Part shown: one piece after another, positions 9,917 through 20,651 of the stretch
Position numbering within the stretch: the first letter of the stretch is position 1
Layout: each line of letters begins with the position of its first letter
Source of the DNA: an uncultured Pelagibacteraceae bacterium
GTDB taxonomy: Bacteria > Pseudomonadota > Alphaproteobacteria > Pelagibacterales > Pelagibacteraceae
Length of the DNA: 64,000 nucleotides
Assembly: GCA_902563555.1 (NCBI GenBank)
Contig: CACEXM010000004.1
Location: 6,174-70,173, forward strand
Direction of reading: 5' to 3'
Program-made: the position numbers and the translations under genes
The notes under the pieces: generated by a model
Told to the model about the DNA's origin: nothing
The model's input: only the letters and a program-made list of their open reading frames with translations
Databases searched by the model: none

Positions 9917-11461
9917 TTAATGATTAAAATGCCTTGTTTTAGAAAATACTAAAATAGTATTTGTCAGATTGGCGAATTTAATTATTTCCTTATCATTTTT
10001 TGATCCTGACGGTTGAATGACAGCAGAAACTCCAGATTGAACTAATTTTTCAATACCGTCAACAAATGGAAAAAAAGCATCTGATGCTGCAAAAAGTTCC
10101 TTATTTTTTTTTAATTTTTGAAATTTTTTCATTTTATTAATTGCAATTTGACAACTATCTAACCTACTTGGCTGTCCTGATCCTATTCCAATAGTTTTGT
10201 AATCATTGGTGATTACTATTGCGTTTGATTTAACATTTCGGCAAACATTAAACGCAAAAATAAGTTTATTTAAAGTCTCTTTATTTGGTTTCCGTTTAGA
10301 CACAACTTTAAAGTCTTTTTTTGATAAACTATCATTATCTAAATTTTGTATTAGAATCGAATTATATTTACTAACAAAACTGAGTTTACCCTCAAACTTA
10401 AATTTAGATGTATCAATTATTCTTAAATTTTTTTTCTTTTTTAGAAGATTTATCGATTTTTTATCAAAACCTTTTGCCATTATAATCTCAAAGAAAATTT
10501 TGTTAATTTCTCTTGCTAAATTTATATTCATTTTAAAATTACATGAAACAATTCCACCATAAGCACTAATTGGATCACTTTCTAGGGCTTCCATAAATGA
10601 TTTTATTTTATTTTGATTAATTGAAACTCCACAAGGATTTGAATGTTTTATTATAGTTACTCCTTTATTATTTGGTAATAATTTTGTAACATTTAATGCA
10701 GAATAAAGATCATTATAATTATTATAGCTTAAGTCCTTTCCACTAAGCTGAACAATATCTTGATCATAATCTTTAGAGTAAATTGCTGCTTTTTGATGTG
10801 GGTTCTCCCCATATCTCACTTGCCTTACCAATTTACTAGAAAATATTTTTTTTTTTGGAAAAATATTATTTGATTTTTCATTAAAATATTTGAAGATGTT
10901 TGACTCGTAATAAGCAGTCTCCATAAATGCTTCCTCAGCTAACTTTTCTCTAAAACTTAATTTCGTAAATCCTTTATTAATTTTTATTTCATTTATTAAC
11001 CGCTGGTATTGATTTGGATTACATATAACGACCACATCATTATAATTCTTCGCTGCTGCTCTCACCATAGCTGGGCCACCAATATCTATATTTTCTATTA
11101 TTTTATTGTGATTTCTTTTTTTTAATAAAGTATCCTCGAATGGATAAAAGTTTGCAATTATTAGATCTATATTTTCATAATTATTATTTTTTATTTCCTT
11201 GTAATGTTTTTTGTTATGTCTTTTATTTAAAATACCTCCATAAATTTTCGGGTGAAGTGTTTTCACTCTTCCATCTAAAATTTCAGGTGCATTAGTAAAC
11301 TCTGAAAGTTCAATACATTTAAATCCAAGTTTTCTTATTTCTTTATAAGTTCCACCAGTACTTATAATCTCAACTTTATGCTTAGAGAGTGTATTTATGA
11401 GAGGTTTTAAGCTTTCTTTATTTGATACTGAGATTAAAGCTTTTCGAATTTTGCACATCAT
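9917..11461 (-). CDS. purH: Bifunctional AICAR formyltransferase / IMP cyclohydrolase
   Basis: ALISVS, GRVKTLHP, IDIGGP, RYGENPHQ, ASDAFFPF.DG, RHFNH. Confidence 0.97.
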   Translation of the reverse strand: MMCKIRKALISVSNKESLKPLINTLSKHKVEIISTGGTYKEIRKLGFKCIELSEFTNAPEILDGRVKTLHPKIYGGILNKRHNKKHYKEIKNNNYENIDLIIANFYPFEDTLLKKRNHNKIIENIDIGGPAMVRAAAKNYNDVVVICNPNQYQRLINEIKINKGFTKLSFREKLAEEAFMETAYYESNIFKYFNEKSNNIFPKKKIFSSKLVRQVRYGENPHQKAAIYSKDYDQDIVQLSGKDLSYNNYNDLYSALNVTKLLPNNKGVTIIKHSNPCGVSINQNKIKSFMEALESDPISAYGGIVSCNFKMNINLAREINKIFFEIIMAKGFDKKSINLLKKKKNLRIIDTSKFKFEGKLSFVSKYNSILIQNLDNDSLSKKDFKVVSKRKPNKETLNKLIFAFNVCRNVKSNAIVITNDYKTIGIGSGQPSRLDSCQIAINKMKKFQKLKKNKELFAASDAFFPFVDGIEKLVQSGVSAVIQPSGSKNDKEIIKFANLTNTILVFSKTRHFNH

Positions 11462-13041
11462 ATTTTACTTAATTCCCATTCAATATTGACATTTTTTTCA
11501 TTTGTAATTCCAGAGATAAATATATTTTGATTTTCAATATAAGTTTTTTTATTACCGAAATATAAACCATTATCAATGTCAATTTTATAATTATTACAAG
11601 TAAATCTCCAACCTTCAGCATCCATTTCGATTAATATTGATTTATGGTCTTGAGTTTTCATTATTTTTGCAAGAGGATTCAGATGAAATCGTATATCAAA
11701 TTTAACATTAGGAATTATTTTTTTAGAGTTAAGTCTTTCAACTCCTTTTAATTTATTAATTTTTGGGAAAAATTGAATTTCTCTCTCATAAATTAGGTTA
11801 TATTTCTTCAAAAATCCATCATGTGAAGCGACTATTTTCCATTCATCTTTTTCAAAGCTTATTTTTTTTATGTCAGTTTTTAAACCATCTTTAATTTCAA
11901 ATTTAGAGTGTGAATTTTTAACAAATTTACAAGATGAATTATCATCAACAACTAAGACGTTGTGTACCGCTGAAGATTTTGATACTTTTTTGAATTCAAA
12001 ATTTCCATCATCATAATAACCTGCGTTAGTGAATATTTTTTTTCCGTTTGAAACAAATTCAAATGATAGTGCACCAGCCTGGTATTCATCTGAAAATTTT
12101 TTATTTGGCGATGAACCAACATCCATTATTAAATTTATTTTTTTATCTTTTAAACTTACATAATCTGAAAATTCATGATCGTTATTCTTAAATGAATAAC
12201 CAAGTCTTTTTAGATAAATGTCAAATTCTTGATTATTAGAATTATTGTTTCCATTAAACAAAGGATCAAATTTTAAATTTTTCCAAAAAAAAGCATAAGA
12301 TTGTCCAAGATTAAAAATACTCTCATCAATAAAATTTGGTATTTCTGATTGAGACTCTTTAAACCACTCCCTTATGAGTATTAGATATTTAAGAAAAAAA
12401 ACAGAGGACTTAATATTTCTTGATTTGGGAAAACCATTATCATCAATTGTATATCTGATAATTTTTTTAAGATTTTCTAAACCTTTTATTGTAAAATTTT
12501 TTTCATTTTTGTAAGCTAGGCCTACAAGGATAATTGCTGCAACTCCTCTAATTTTATTATTAAGTTTACTTTCTTTATCTATTTGGTTTATTAAATGGGA
12601 CGCTTGTTTGTGTATGATTAAGCTATAATCTTTTTGATAATGGTTTTCTGCGTTATCATAAGTAAGAGCTGTGTTAGATAACCAGGATATAATTCTTTTT
12701 GATGTTACCTCAAAGTTCCAATTTTTTGAATTATACTTATGGTTTTTCTCTATCCAATTTTTGATTACAGTCTGAACAGATTTGTTTGATGATTTTAAAT
12801 CAAGACTAAAAAGCCAATAAAAATTATTTAATTTTTGTAATTGTTTTTGGTTTAATTTTTTATCTGTCCAGAAGTTATTAAATGAAAAATTATCAATATT
12901 AAATTTTTTTGAGCTTATTTTAACAATGGATGATAGTAAATATGAGCTTGGCTTATATTCTAGTTCGTAAATTGTTTTAGGTGATATTTTTTTATCATAG
13001 AATATAGAATTAAGATAAATCTGTTTTATAATTTCAAACAT
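11458..13041 (-). CDS. Heparinase II/III-family protein
   Basis: AGALSFE, S.AVHN.L, ASHDG, IRFHL.P; usual position upstream of purH in alphaproteobacteria. Confidence 0.8.
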   Translation of the reverse strand: MFEIIKQIYLNSIFYDKKISPKTIYELEYKPSSYLLSSIVKISSKKFNIDNFSFNNFWTDKKLNQKQLQKLNNFYWLFSLDLKSSNKSVQTVIKNWIEKNHKYNSKNWNFEVTSKRIISWLSNTALTYDNAENHYQKDYSLIIHKQASHLINQIDKESKLNNKIRGVAAIILVGLAYKNEKNFTIKGLENLKKIIRYTIDDNGFPKSRNIKSSVFFLKYLILIREWFKESQSEIPNFIDESIFNLGQSYAFFWKNLKFDPLFNGNNNSNNQEFDIYLKRLGYSFKNNDHEFSDYVSLKDKKINLIMDVGSSPNKKFSDEYQAGALSFEFVSNGKKIFTNAGYYDDGNFEFKKVSKSSAVHNVLVVDDNSSCKFVKNSHSKFEIKDGLKTDIKKISFEKDEWKIVASHDGFLKKYNLIYEREIQFFPKINKLKGVERLNSKKIIPNVKFDIRFHLNPLAKIMKTQDHKSILIEMDAEGWRFTCNNYKIDIDNGLYFGNKKTYIENQNIFISGITNEKNVNIEWELSKI

Positions 13042-13070
13042 ATCTCAATAAAATCAATTTAGTCTAATAA

Positions 13071-13730
13071 TTAAATTGATTTTAATAAATCAATATTTTT
13101 TTTAATATCCCCATCATTACTTTTAAAAATGGTAGTCCCAGAGACCAAAATATCTACTCCTGACTCAATCGCTAACTTATAATTTTCAAAATTTATTCCA
13201 CCATCTATTTCAATATCAAAATGAAATTTTAAATTTTTTCTAATTTTATCAAGTTTTTTTACTTTTTCTAGAACCTCAGGCATAAATTTTTGTCCCCCAA
13301 ACCCTGGATGTACACTCATTATTAAAATTAGATCTACTTGATTTAAAAATTTTTCAACAACTTCAACCTTAGTTTCAGGATTTAATGATATTCCTACTTT
13401 CTTTTTCAGTTTCTTAATTTTATTTATAGAGTCTGAAAGATTATCCGTTGCTTCTGGATGTATTGTTATAATATCTGCACCAGCATTTGAATAACTCTCA
13501 ATATATTTATGGACTGGTGATATCATTAAATGTACATCAAAGGGTAGTGATGAATTTTTTTTTAGTGCCTCGATAACAGGAGGTCCGATAGTCAAATTAG
13601 GTACAAAGTGGCCATCCATAACATCAACGTGAATCATATCAGCACCTGCATCTTCCAATTTTTTTATTTCTTTTCCTAATTGACTGAAATCTGCAGATAA
13701 AATTGAAGGTGAAATTTGTATTTTTTTCAT
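13071..13730 (-). CDS. rpe: Ribulose-phosphate 3-epimerase
   Basis: PSILSADF, HVDVMDGHFVPN, DVHLM, MSV.PGFGGQ, IDGG. Confidence 0.98.
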   Translation of the reverse strand: MKKIQISPSILSADFSQLGKEIKKLEDAGADMIHVDVMDGHFVPNLTIGPPVIEALKKNSSLPFDVHLMISPVHKYIESYSNAGADIITIHPEATDNLSDSINKIKKLKKKVGISLNPETKVEVVEKFLNQVDLILIMSVHPGFGGQKFMPEVLEKVKKLDKIRKNLKFHFDIEIDGGINFENYKLAIESGVDILVSGTTIFKSNDGDIKKNIDLLKSI

Positions 13731-13770
13731 AGGCTATTAAATTAACTAGTACCAAATTTTAAAATCTAAT

Positions 13771-14115
13771 TTAATTAAAAAATTGATAAATTTGTCTTGA
13801 AATCTCGCTTTCTAACGGAAAAGATAGCATACCCATCACTGAGTATCCCAAAACCCAAGGCATAAAGTAAAACCTTATCATGAAAAAAAACCAAGCAACA
13901 TAAAGGGGAACAATTGGTTGAATTATAAAAGATGGAGTTAGAGGTTTAAATAAGTTAATTAGAGGATTAGTAAATTTAACAAAAACTTTCATAAAAAAAA
14001 ATTGAGAGTCTTCTTTTTGAAAAATATTCATTGCAACTCTTCCAATTAAAGTCCACATGATTACTCCTAAAATATAGTCAATTATATAAACTAAAGGGTG
14101 AAAGTTAGCCGACAT
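13771..14115 (-). CDS. Small membrane protein, YggT-like
   Basis: Hydrophobic helices, FTNP....F..LTP pattern. Confidence 0.6.
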   Translation of the reverse strand: MSANFHPLVYIIDYILGVIMWTLIGRVAMNIFQKEDSQFFFMKVFVKFTNPLINLFKPLTPSFIIQPIVPLYVAWFFFMIRFYFMPWVLGYSVMGMLSFPLESEISRQIYQFFN

Positions 14116-14145
14116 TGAGAAATTTATATTGGAAAAAGATTGAAA

Positions 14146-14173
14146 TTAAAAGGGGCGAAATTAATCGCCCCTT
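14146..14173 (-). terminator. Rho-independent terminator after the symporter
   Basis: AAGGGGCGA / TCGCCCCTT stem followed by a T run on the minus strand, 12 nt past the stop. Confidence 0.85.
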
Positions 14174-14185
14174 AATAAAGATTAT

Positions 14186-16000
14186 TTAGTGTTGTTTGCC
14201 AAGGATCGATTTACCAGCTGGTACTCGAACCTCATCAACCATTTTCTGTGTAGCAGCGTTAGGTGCTTGTGTCATCAAACTGACTACAACCATAGCTACT
14301 AAGCTGACAGCCGAACCAAAGATACCAAATGTTAACTGAGTAATACCTAAGAATCCACTTCCACCTGTTCTTACCCAAACTAGGTAAGCAGCACCGGAAA
14401 TTAATCCTAAAGCCATACCAGCAATAGCACCTTCTTTGTTAGCTCTCTTCCACCATACACCAAGTACTAGTGGGAAGAATAGTCCTGACATCGCAAAGTC
14501 AAAAGCCCAGATTACTGAACCTAAAATACCTTGGATCTCAAGAGCTGCGATTGTTGCTCCTGCAAAACCAATTACTACAAGTAATACCCTTGCAACAACT
14601 AGTCTCTTCGCAGTCTCAGCTTTTGGATCGATGATCTTATAGTAAACATCGTGTGAGATTGCGTTTGCAATTGCTAAAATCAAACCATCAGCTGTTGACA
14701 TGGCAGCAGCCATACCTCCAGCAGCAACCAGACCTGAGATCACATATGGTAATCCAGCTATTTCTGGAGTTGCTAACACAACGGCTTTACCACCCATGAA
14801 AAACTCATTTAATTCGAGTGTTCCATTTCCGTTAAAGTCGCTTACAAACATTAAGTTTGCTTGGTTCCAGTTTTGATACCAATCTATCGCTTGAACTTCT
14901 GAAATTGATTTACCAATAATACCTGTTGGTAGTGATGGATCAATCAATGACAACTTAGATAGTGTCGCTAACATTGGAGCAGAAGAATAAAGTAGGAAGA
15001 TAAAGAATAATGACCAACCTACTGATTTTCTAGCTGCTTTTACACTTGGGGTAGTAAAATATCTCATCATAACGTGAGGTAATGAAGCTGTTCCCATCAT
15101 CATTGCTAACGCTAATGAAATAAATGCCCAAGGTGTTGCGTTCACCGCTGAGTGAGCTTTAGTTATTCCAGCCAAACCTTTTGGTACTTCTTTTAGATTT
15201 TCAGCAGTGTTTTTAACAAAACCAAACTGAGCCTCTAATTCAGCTATTCTAGAAACTTCATCAGCTAACATGAAGTGAGGGAAGAAACCCGCACCCATTT
15301 TGTTACTGATCCAGAATACTGGTAACAAATAAGCTATGATAAGTACGATATATTGAGCCACCTGTGTCCAAGTTACTCCTCTCATACCACCAAGCATTGA
15401 ACAAAGTAAAATACTTATAAGCCCAACGTATACAGCGTATTGGAATGGAATATCAAGTGCAACAGATGCAATTGTACCTGTGGCGTTAATTTGTGCAGTC
15501 ACATAAGTAAATGAAGCAACAGTTAAAACGACTACCGCCATAAATCTACTTAAATTACCACCATATCTTGTACCAATAAAATCTGGAACTGTGTAACAGC
15601 CAAATTTTCTTAGGTAAGGTGCTAATAGTGATGCGACTAATACATATCCACCAGTCCAACCTACAAGCAGTGCCATATAACCGTAACCTTTAAAATAAAT
15701 ACCACCTGCCATTGCAACGAATGATGCACCAGACATCCAGTCTGCTGCTGTCGCCATTCCGTTGAACACAGTCGGCACTTGTCTTCCAGCTACGTAATAC
15801 GCATCAGCTTGAGCTGTACGCGATAGATAACCAATTATAGCATAGATGGCTACTGTAAAAGCAACGAAACAAATTCCAATTGTTTTTGCAGTCACGCCCA
15901 TCTGCTCGGCAATCGACATAATGATTATGAAAGCAAGGAAACCTCCTGTATAGATTCCATAAACCTTAGGCAGATTGTCTATAAAATTACCTTTAATCAT
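14186..16000 (-). CDS. Sodium:solute symporter, ActP/VC_2705-like (acetate/monocarboxylate candidate)
   Basis: YYVAGR, GMATAADWMSGASF, GGMRGVTWTQVAQY, LPHV, AAAMSTADG; next to DUF4212 and acs. Confidence 0.9.
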   Translation of the reverse strand: MIKGNFIDNLPKVYGIYTGGFLAFIIIMSIAEQMGVTAKTIGICFVAFTVAIYAIIGYLSRTAQADAYYVAGRQVPTVFNGMATAADWMSGASFVAMAGGIYFKGYGYMALLVGWTGGYVLVASLLAPYLRKFGCYTVPDFIGTRYGGNLSRFMAVVVLTVASFTYVTAQINATGTIASVALDIPFQYAVYVGLISILLCSMLGGMRGVTWTQVAQYIVLIIAYLLPVFWISNKMGAGFFPHFMLADEVSRIAELEAQFGFVKNTAENLKEVPKGLAGITKAHSAVNATPWAFISLALAMMMGTASLPHVMMRYFTTPSVKAARKSVGWSLFFIFLLYSSAPMLATLSKLSLIDPSLPTGIIGKSISEVQAIDWYQNWNQANLMFVSDFNGNGTLELNEFFMGGKAVVLATPEIAGLPYVISGLVAAGGMAAAMSTADGLILAIANAISHDVYYKIIDPKAETAKRLVVARVLLVVIGFAGATIAALEIQGILGSVIWAFDFAMSGLFFPLVLGVWWKRANKEGAIAGMALGLISGAAYLVWVRTGGSGFLGITQLTFGIFGSAVSLVAMVVVSLMTQAPNAATQKMVDEVRVPAGKSILGKQH

Positions 16001-16260
16001 TAGTCATCTCCTTTTTCACTGAAGCCGAACTCTTCATCAATTTTTTCTTGCCTATTTGCAAACCAAAAAATTAGTATTACAAATATTCCAAGAGATCCCT
16101 GACATGTGAACCAATAAGTCAATGGATAACCAAATGGTCCCGTGACTTCGTTCATTTCTGCTCCGAAAAGGAAGATGCCAATTGAGAATACAAACCAAAT
16201 TGCTAACGTCATCATCAGCAAACCCTTGGATTTTTCCCAGTGTTGTTCTTGTTTTGACAT
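16000..16260 (-). CDS. DUF4212 small subunit of SSS transporter
   Basis: HW......L.IWF.FS, GYPL.YW...QGS, IDEEFG; GAGAGG RBS; stop overlaps symporter start. Confidence 0.88.
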   Translation of the reverse strand: MSKQEQHWEKSKGLLMMTLAIWFVFSIGIFLFGAEMNEVTGPFGYPLTYWFTCQGSLGIFVILIFWFANRQEKIDEEFGFSEKGDD

Positions 16261-16385
16261 TTATACCTCTCTCTTTTTAGTTATAACTGCATAAAACCAT
16301 AACCATTATCAAAGAGATTTAAAGTGTTAAAATTGTTCAAAATCCCTCTATTTTTGGGATATATATAATAAAAATATCAATTTTT

Positions 16386-17009
16386 ATGGGTAAATATAAA
16401 CTTACTTGGAGAGATCTCACATGGAGAGATTTTAAAATTTACCTGTTCGCTCTTTTTAAAGCTTTCATCCCCAAAAAAAAAATTAATAATCTTGATGATC
16501 TAGAGGAATTTATTCAATCCAAGTCAGCCTGGGTAACTCAAGTCACCCTTTATGGATATTTAAAAACAAGAATGGGAACACGTTATGTTCTTCATTTTGA
16601 AAATGATGATTTTATGTCATCAGTTAACTTGGCAAAATGGAACATTTACTCAGTAGCACTGCAAGATCTTACTTTATATACGTTTTCTTACCTTAAAAAT
16701 AATTTCAATTATAATGATATTGAAAAATCTAAAGAAATTTTTTTAAAAATTTTAGATGATGAAATTTCTAACAAAATGCCAATTAATATCATAGACGTTG
16801 CAAAAGATAATTTTAGTGAGAGGTTGCACAACATAAACTGGGATAATTACTATAATGACCTTCCATTTAACTCTAGTGCATTATCATTATATAAATGGGC
16901 ACCTATCGCAGAAGAGTTAAAAAATTTAGATAGAAAAATTGTTTTAAATTCAGTTATCTTAAAATGGGATACTGTAAAAAAAGAATTTCAAGAAAGAATA
17001 AATTTTTAA
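16386..17009 (+). CDS. Conserved hypothetical protein
   Basis: 207-aa ORF filling the gap between symporter operon and acs; [13 protein letters not shown] motif. Confidence 0.75.
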   Translation: MGKYKLTWRDLTWRDFKIYLFALFKAFIPKKKINNLDDLEEFIQSKSAWVTQVTLYGYLKTRMGTRYVLHFENDDFMSSVNLAKWNIYSVALQDLTLYTFSYLKNNFNYNDIEKSKEIFLKILDDEISNKMPINIIDVAKDNFSERLHNINWDNYYNDLPFNSSALSLYKWAPIAEELKNLDRKIVLNSVILKWDTVKKEFQERINF

Positions 17010-19093
17010 TTATTTTTTCTGTTCTCAACTAAACTGTTAACAACATTTGGATCTGCTAAAGTGGTAGTGTCACCTAACTGACTGTGTTCATTGGCTGCAA
17101 TTTTTCTTAAAATTCTTCTCATGATTTTTCCAGATCTAGTTTTAGGTAATCCTGGAGTAAATTGTATAAGATCAGGTGTTGCTAATGGGCCAATTTGCTT
17201 TCTTACCCATAGTTTCAATTCTCTTTCTAGATCACCCGTTTCCGTCTCTCCAGCATTAAGTGTAACATAACAGTAAAGTCCATTACCTTTTATATCATGA
17301 GGATAACCAACAACAGCTGCTTCAGCAACTTTGGGATGTGCAACAAAAGCACTTTCAATTTCCGCCGTTCCAAGATTGTGACCTGATACAATTATAACAT
17401 CGTCTACTCTTCCAGTTATCCAATAATAACCATCTTTATCTCTACGACATCCATCTCCAGTAAAGTATTTACCATCGAATTGAGAAAAGTAAGTGTCAAT
17501 AAATCTTTGATGATCGCCATAAACTGTTCTCATTTGTCCTGGCCAAGATTGAGAAATGCAAAGTCTACCTTCTCCTGCTCCTTTTATTTCTTTTCCATCT
17601 TTGTCAACTAAACATGGTTTTATTCCATAAAAGGGTTTGGTTGCAGAACCAGGTTTAAGCGGAATAGCTCCTGTCTGAGGTGCAATAAGTATTCCTCCTG
17701 TTTCTGTTTGCCACCACGTATCAACTATTGGACATTTTGAATTACCAACAGTCTTGTAGTACCACATCCAAGCTTCAGGATTTATTGGTTCTCCAACAGT
17801 ACCTAATAATTTCAGTGATTTTCTTGATGTTTTATTGACCGGATCACTACCCTCTCGCATCAATGCTCTAATGGCAGTTGGCGCGGTGTAAAATGTATTA
17901 ACTTTATATTTGTCGACTATTTGCCACCATCTGGAGCTATCAGGGTAATTAGGTATACCTTCAAACATTATAGTTGTAGCTCCATTAGAAAGTGGACCAT
18001 ATATAATATAACTATGTCCGGTGACCCATCCAATGTCTGCCGTGCACCAATAAATATCTTTAGGCTTGTAGTTAAATATATATTGATGAGTCATTGATGC
18101 GTAAACCATGTATCCCCCAGTAGTATGCAAAACACCTTTCGGTTTACCAGTAGAGCCTGAAGTATAAAGTATAAACAGTGGATCTTCCGCATTCATCTCC
18201 TCAGGTTCGCAGTGAGCTGGAACATCCTTGATTAAATCGTGATACCAAACGTCTCTATCATCATCCCAAAATACGTAATTTCCAGTTCTTTTAACAACAA
18301 TACACTTTTTAACATTTGGACAGTTTGTTAATGCCTCATCAGTGGTAGCTTTTAAAGGTATTTTTTTTCCTCCCCTGATACCTTCGTCCGCAGTAATTAT
18401 ATACTCTGACTCACAATCGTTAACTCTTCCCGAAATAGATTCAGCTGAAAACCCTCCAAATATAATAGAATGAATTGCACCAATCCTTGCACAAGCTAGC
18501 ATTAAAACTGCTAACTCTGGTATCATAGTCAAATAAATTGTAACTCGATCTCCTTTTTTAATTCCAAGTTTTTTTAATCCATTTGCAGCTTTTGATACTT
18601 TTTGATGTAATTGTTTATAAGAGATTTTTTGACTGTCTTTAGGATCATCACCAACCCAAATGATAGCAGTCTTATCTTTTTTATCTTTTAAATGTCTATC
18701 AATACAGTTTGCTGATGCATTTAAAGTTCCGTCTTCAAACCATTTAATTCTAACATCATCTTTACTATATTTAACATCTTTAATCTTCTTGTAGGATTTT
18801 ATCCAAGTAATTCTTTTTCCTTCTTTTTTCCAGAAGGTGTTATTATTTTTAATTGAGTCATTATACTTCTTTAGGTATTGGGCTTTATTTGCGAGACCAC
18901 TTTTAATCCATTCAGGTTTAGTTTTTATTATTAATTCAGAAACTGATGAGCTTTCTTTTTTATTTTGTTTTTTCTTATTAGATAAAGTATTTCTTTTAAC
19001 TACTTTTTTATATTTAAGACCTTTTTTTTTGACTTTTCTTTTAGTTGTTTTTTTAATTTTTTTTTTACTTTTAGATTTTTTTCTTTTAGGCAT
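17006..19093 (-). CDS. acs: Acetyl-CoA synthetase with Lys/Arg-rich N-terminal extension
   Basis: [44 protein letters not shown]. Confidence 0.97.
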   Translation of the reverse strand: MPKRKKSKSKKKIKKTTKRKVKKKGLKYKKVVKRNTLSNKKKQNKKESSSVSELIIKTKPEWIKSGLANKAQYLKKYNDSIKNNNTFWKKEGKRITWIKSYKKIKDVKYSKDDVRIKWFEDGTLNASANCIDRHLKDKKDKTAIIWVGDDPKDSQKISYKQLHQKVSKAANGLKKLGIKKGDRVTIYLTMIPELAVLMLACARIGAIHSIIFGGFSAESISGRVNDCESEYIITADEGIRGGKKIPLKATTDEALTNCPNVKKCIVVKRTGNYVFWDDDRDVWYHDLIKDVPAHCEPEEMNAEDPLFILYTSGSTGKPKGVLHTTGGYMVYASMTHQYIFNYKPKDIYWCTADIGWVTGHSYIIYGPLSNGATTIMFEGIPNYPDSSRWWQIVDKYKVNTFYTAPTAIRALMREGSDPVNKTSRKSLKLLGTVGEPINPEAWMWYYKTVGNSKCPIVDTWWQTETGGILIAPQTGAIPLKPGSATKPFYGIKPCLVDKDGKEIKGAGEGRLCISQSWPGQMRTVYGDHQRFIDTYFSQFDGKYFTGDGCRRDKDGYYWITGRVDDVIIVSGHNLGTAEIESAFVAHPKVAEAAVVGYPHDIKGNGLYCYVTLNAGETETGDLERELKLWVRKQIGPLATPDLIQFTPGLPKTRSGKIMRRILRKIAANEHSQLGDTTTLADPNVVNSLVENRKNN

Positions 19094-19109
19094 AAATTTA
19101 ATTTTATAG

Positions 19110-19523
19110 TTAAATTTTACTCATCTTATTCAAGATTTTCCAGCTTTTAGAGTCTATTGGCATAACCGAAAGTCTACTTTGTCTAACTAATGATAAATGG
19201 CTTAATTCCTTGTTTTTTTTAATAGTTTCTAATGAAACTGGTGTTTTAAGTTTTTTTATGAATTTAACTGTTACGGCTACAAAACGACCAGTTTTGTCAG
19301 TTTTATCTAAATAAGCTTCTTTAATAACCTCAACAATGCCAACAATTTCTTTTCCAATATTTGAATGGTAGAAAAAACATTGATCTCCAGTTCTCATATT
19401 CTTTAAATTTTTTGAGGCTTGATAATTTCTAACACCATCCCAAGGGGCTCCTTTTTTTCCAGCTTTTTTTTGTTGATCAATCGACCAAACATCTGGTTCA
19501 GATTTAAGCAACCAATAACTCAT
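19110..19523 (-). CDS. EVE domain protein
   Basis: [27 protein letters not shown]. Confidence 0.93.
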   Translation of the reverse strand: MSYWLLKSEPDVWSIDQQKKAGKKGAPWDGVRNYQASKNLKNMRTGDQCFFYHSNIGKEIVGIVEVIKEAYLDKTDKTGRFVAVTVKFIKKLKTPVSLETIKKNKELSHLSLVRQSRLSVMPIDSKSWKILNKMSKI

Positions 19524-20596
19524 TATAATTGGACGCCAGCTCCTTTAAGAAATGCCGCATCTTCATCTAATGGCCATCTAGGTTTTGCGGGATGGTCTAA
19601 ATCACTAAATAATTTTAGTTTAAATTTTTCTAAACCAACCATGGCAATCATTGCCGCGTTATCACCGCAGAATTCTATTGGGGGGAAAATACTTTGGTAA
19701 TTTTTTTCTTCACATAATTTCATTAACATCGCTCTTATTTTTTTATTTGCAGCTACACCACCAGCAACCACAAATTTTTTTTCTTTTAGGCTATTTGTTT
19801 TTTCAAACTCATTAAAAGCAACAATTGTTTTCTTATACAAAATTTCTTCAATCGTTTTTTGAAAAGAAGCTGCAAGATCAAATTTCTCTTGATCATTTTT
19901 AATTGTTTTGGATATTTTAAGCACAGCAGTTTTTAATCCTGCGAAAGATAAATTGCATCCACCTTTATTTATAATTGGTTTGGGCAGTTTGAATTTTTCT
20001 GGATTCCCTTTCTCAGCCAAAACTTCGATTTCACGTCCTCCTGGAAATTCTATTTCTAAAAGTTTCGCAGTTTTATCAAATGCTTCTCCTAAAGCATCAT
20101 CAATTGTCGTACCCAATCGTTTATATTTACCAATAGATTGCACACTTAAATATTGAGAATGTCCTCCCGAAATCAGTAAGAGCAGATATGGGTAGTCTAG
20201 TCTAGAATTTAATTTTGGGCTCAAGGCGTGTCCCTCGAGATGATTGACGGCAATAAATGGTTTGTTTGTTGTAAGTGCAAAAGTTTTTCCAAAGCTTAAC
20301 CCGACTGATAGACATACGATCAGACCAGGCCCTGCTGTAGAAGCTATAGCGTCAATTTCATCAATTTTTTTTCCACTTTTATCAATAGCTTTTTTTACAA
20401 TCCAATCTATTTTTTCAATATGTGATCTTGCTGCTAATTCAGGAACTACTCCCCCAAATTCTTTATGAACATCTTCTTGACTGGAAACAATGCTAGATAA
20501 AACAACTGGTATCCCTTGCTCATTTTCAGTAACTAAAGATGCTGCTGTTTCATCGCAACTTGATTCTATTCCAAGAATTAAGGGTTTTTTGCTCAT
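19523..20596 (-). CDS. tsaD: tRNA t6A synthesis protein TsaD
   Basis: LGIESSCDET, GGVVPE.AAR.H, NHLEGH, SGGH, DNAAMIA. Confidence 0.97.
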   Translation of the reverse strand: MSKKPLILGIESSCDETAASLVTENEQGIPVVLSSIVSSQEDVHKEFGGVVPELAARSHIEKIDWIVKKAIDKSGKKIDEIDAIASTAGPGLIVCLSVGLSFGKTFALTTNKPFIAVNHLEGHALSPKLNSRLDYPYLLLLISGGHSQYLSVQSIGKYKRLGTTIDDALGEAFDKTAKLLEIEFPGGREIEVLAEKGNPEKFKLPKPIINKGGCNLSFAGLKTAVLKISKTIKNDQEKFDLAASFQKTIEEILYKKTIVAFNEFEKTNSLKEKKFVVAGGVAANKKIRAMLMKLCEEKNYQSIFPPIEFCGDNAAMIAMVGLEKFKLKLFSDLDHPAKPRWPLDEDAAFLKGAGVQL

Positions 20597-20651
20597 TCAA
20601 ATAAGTTTTAATAATTGTACAATCTCAATACAAGTAAGAAATATATTTTTT

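Noticed and set aside
20490-20651. N-terminal extension of HemC overlapping tsaD, and similar extensions on TesA, FtsK, the UbiH-like gene and oxidase paralog 1
   Set aside because: Artifacts of longest-ORF calling; family homology starts at downstream start codons
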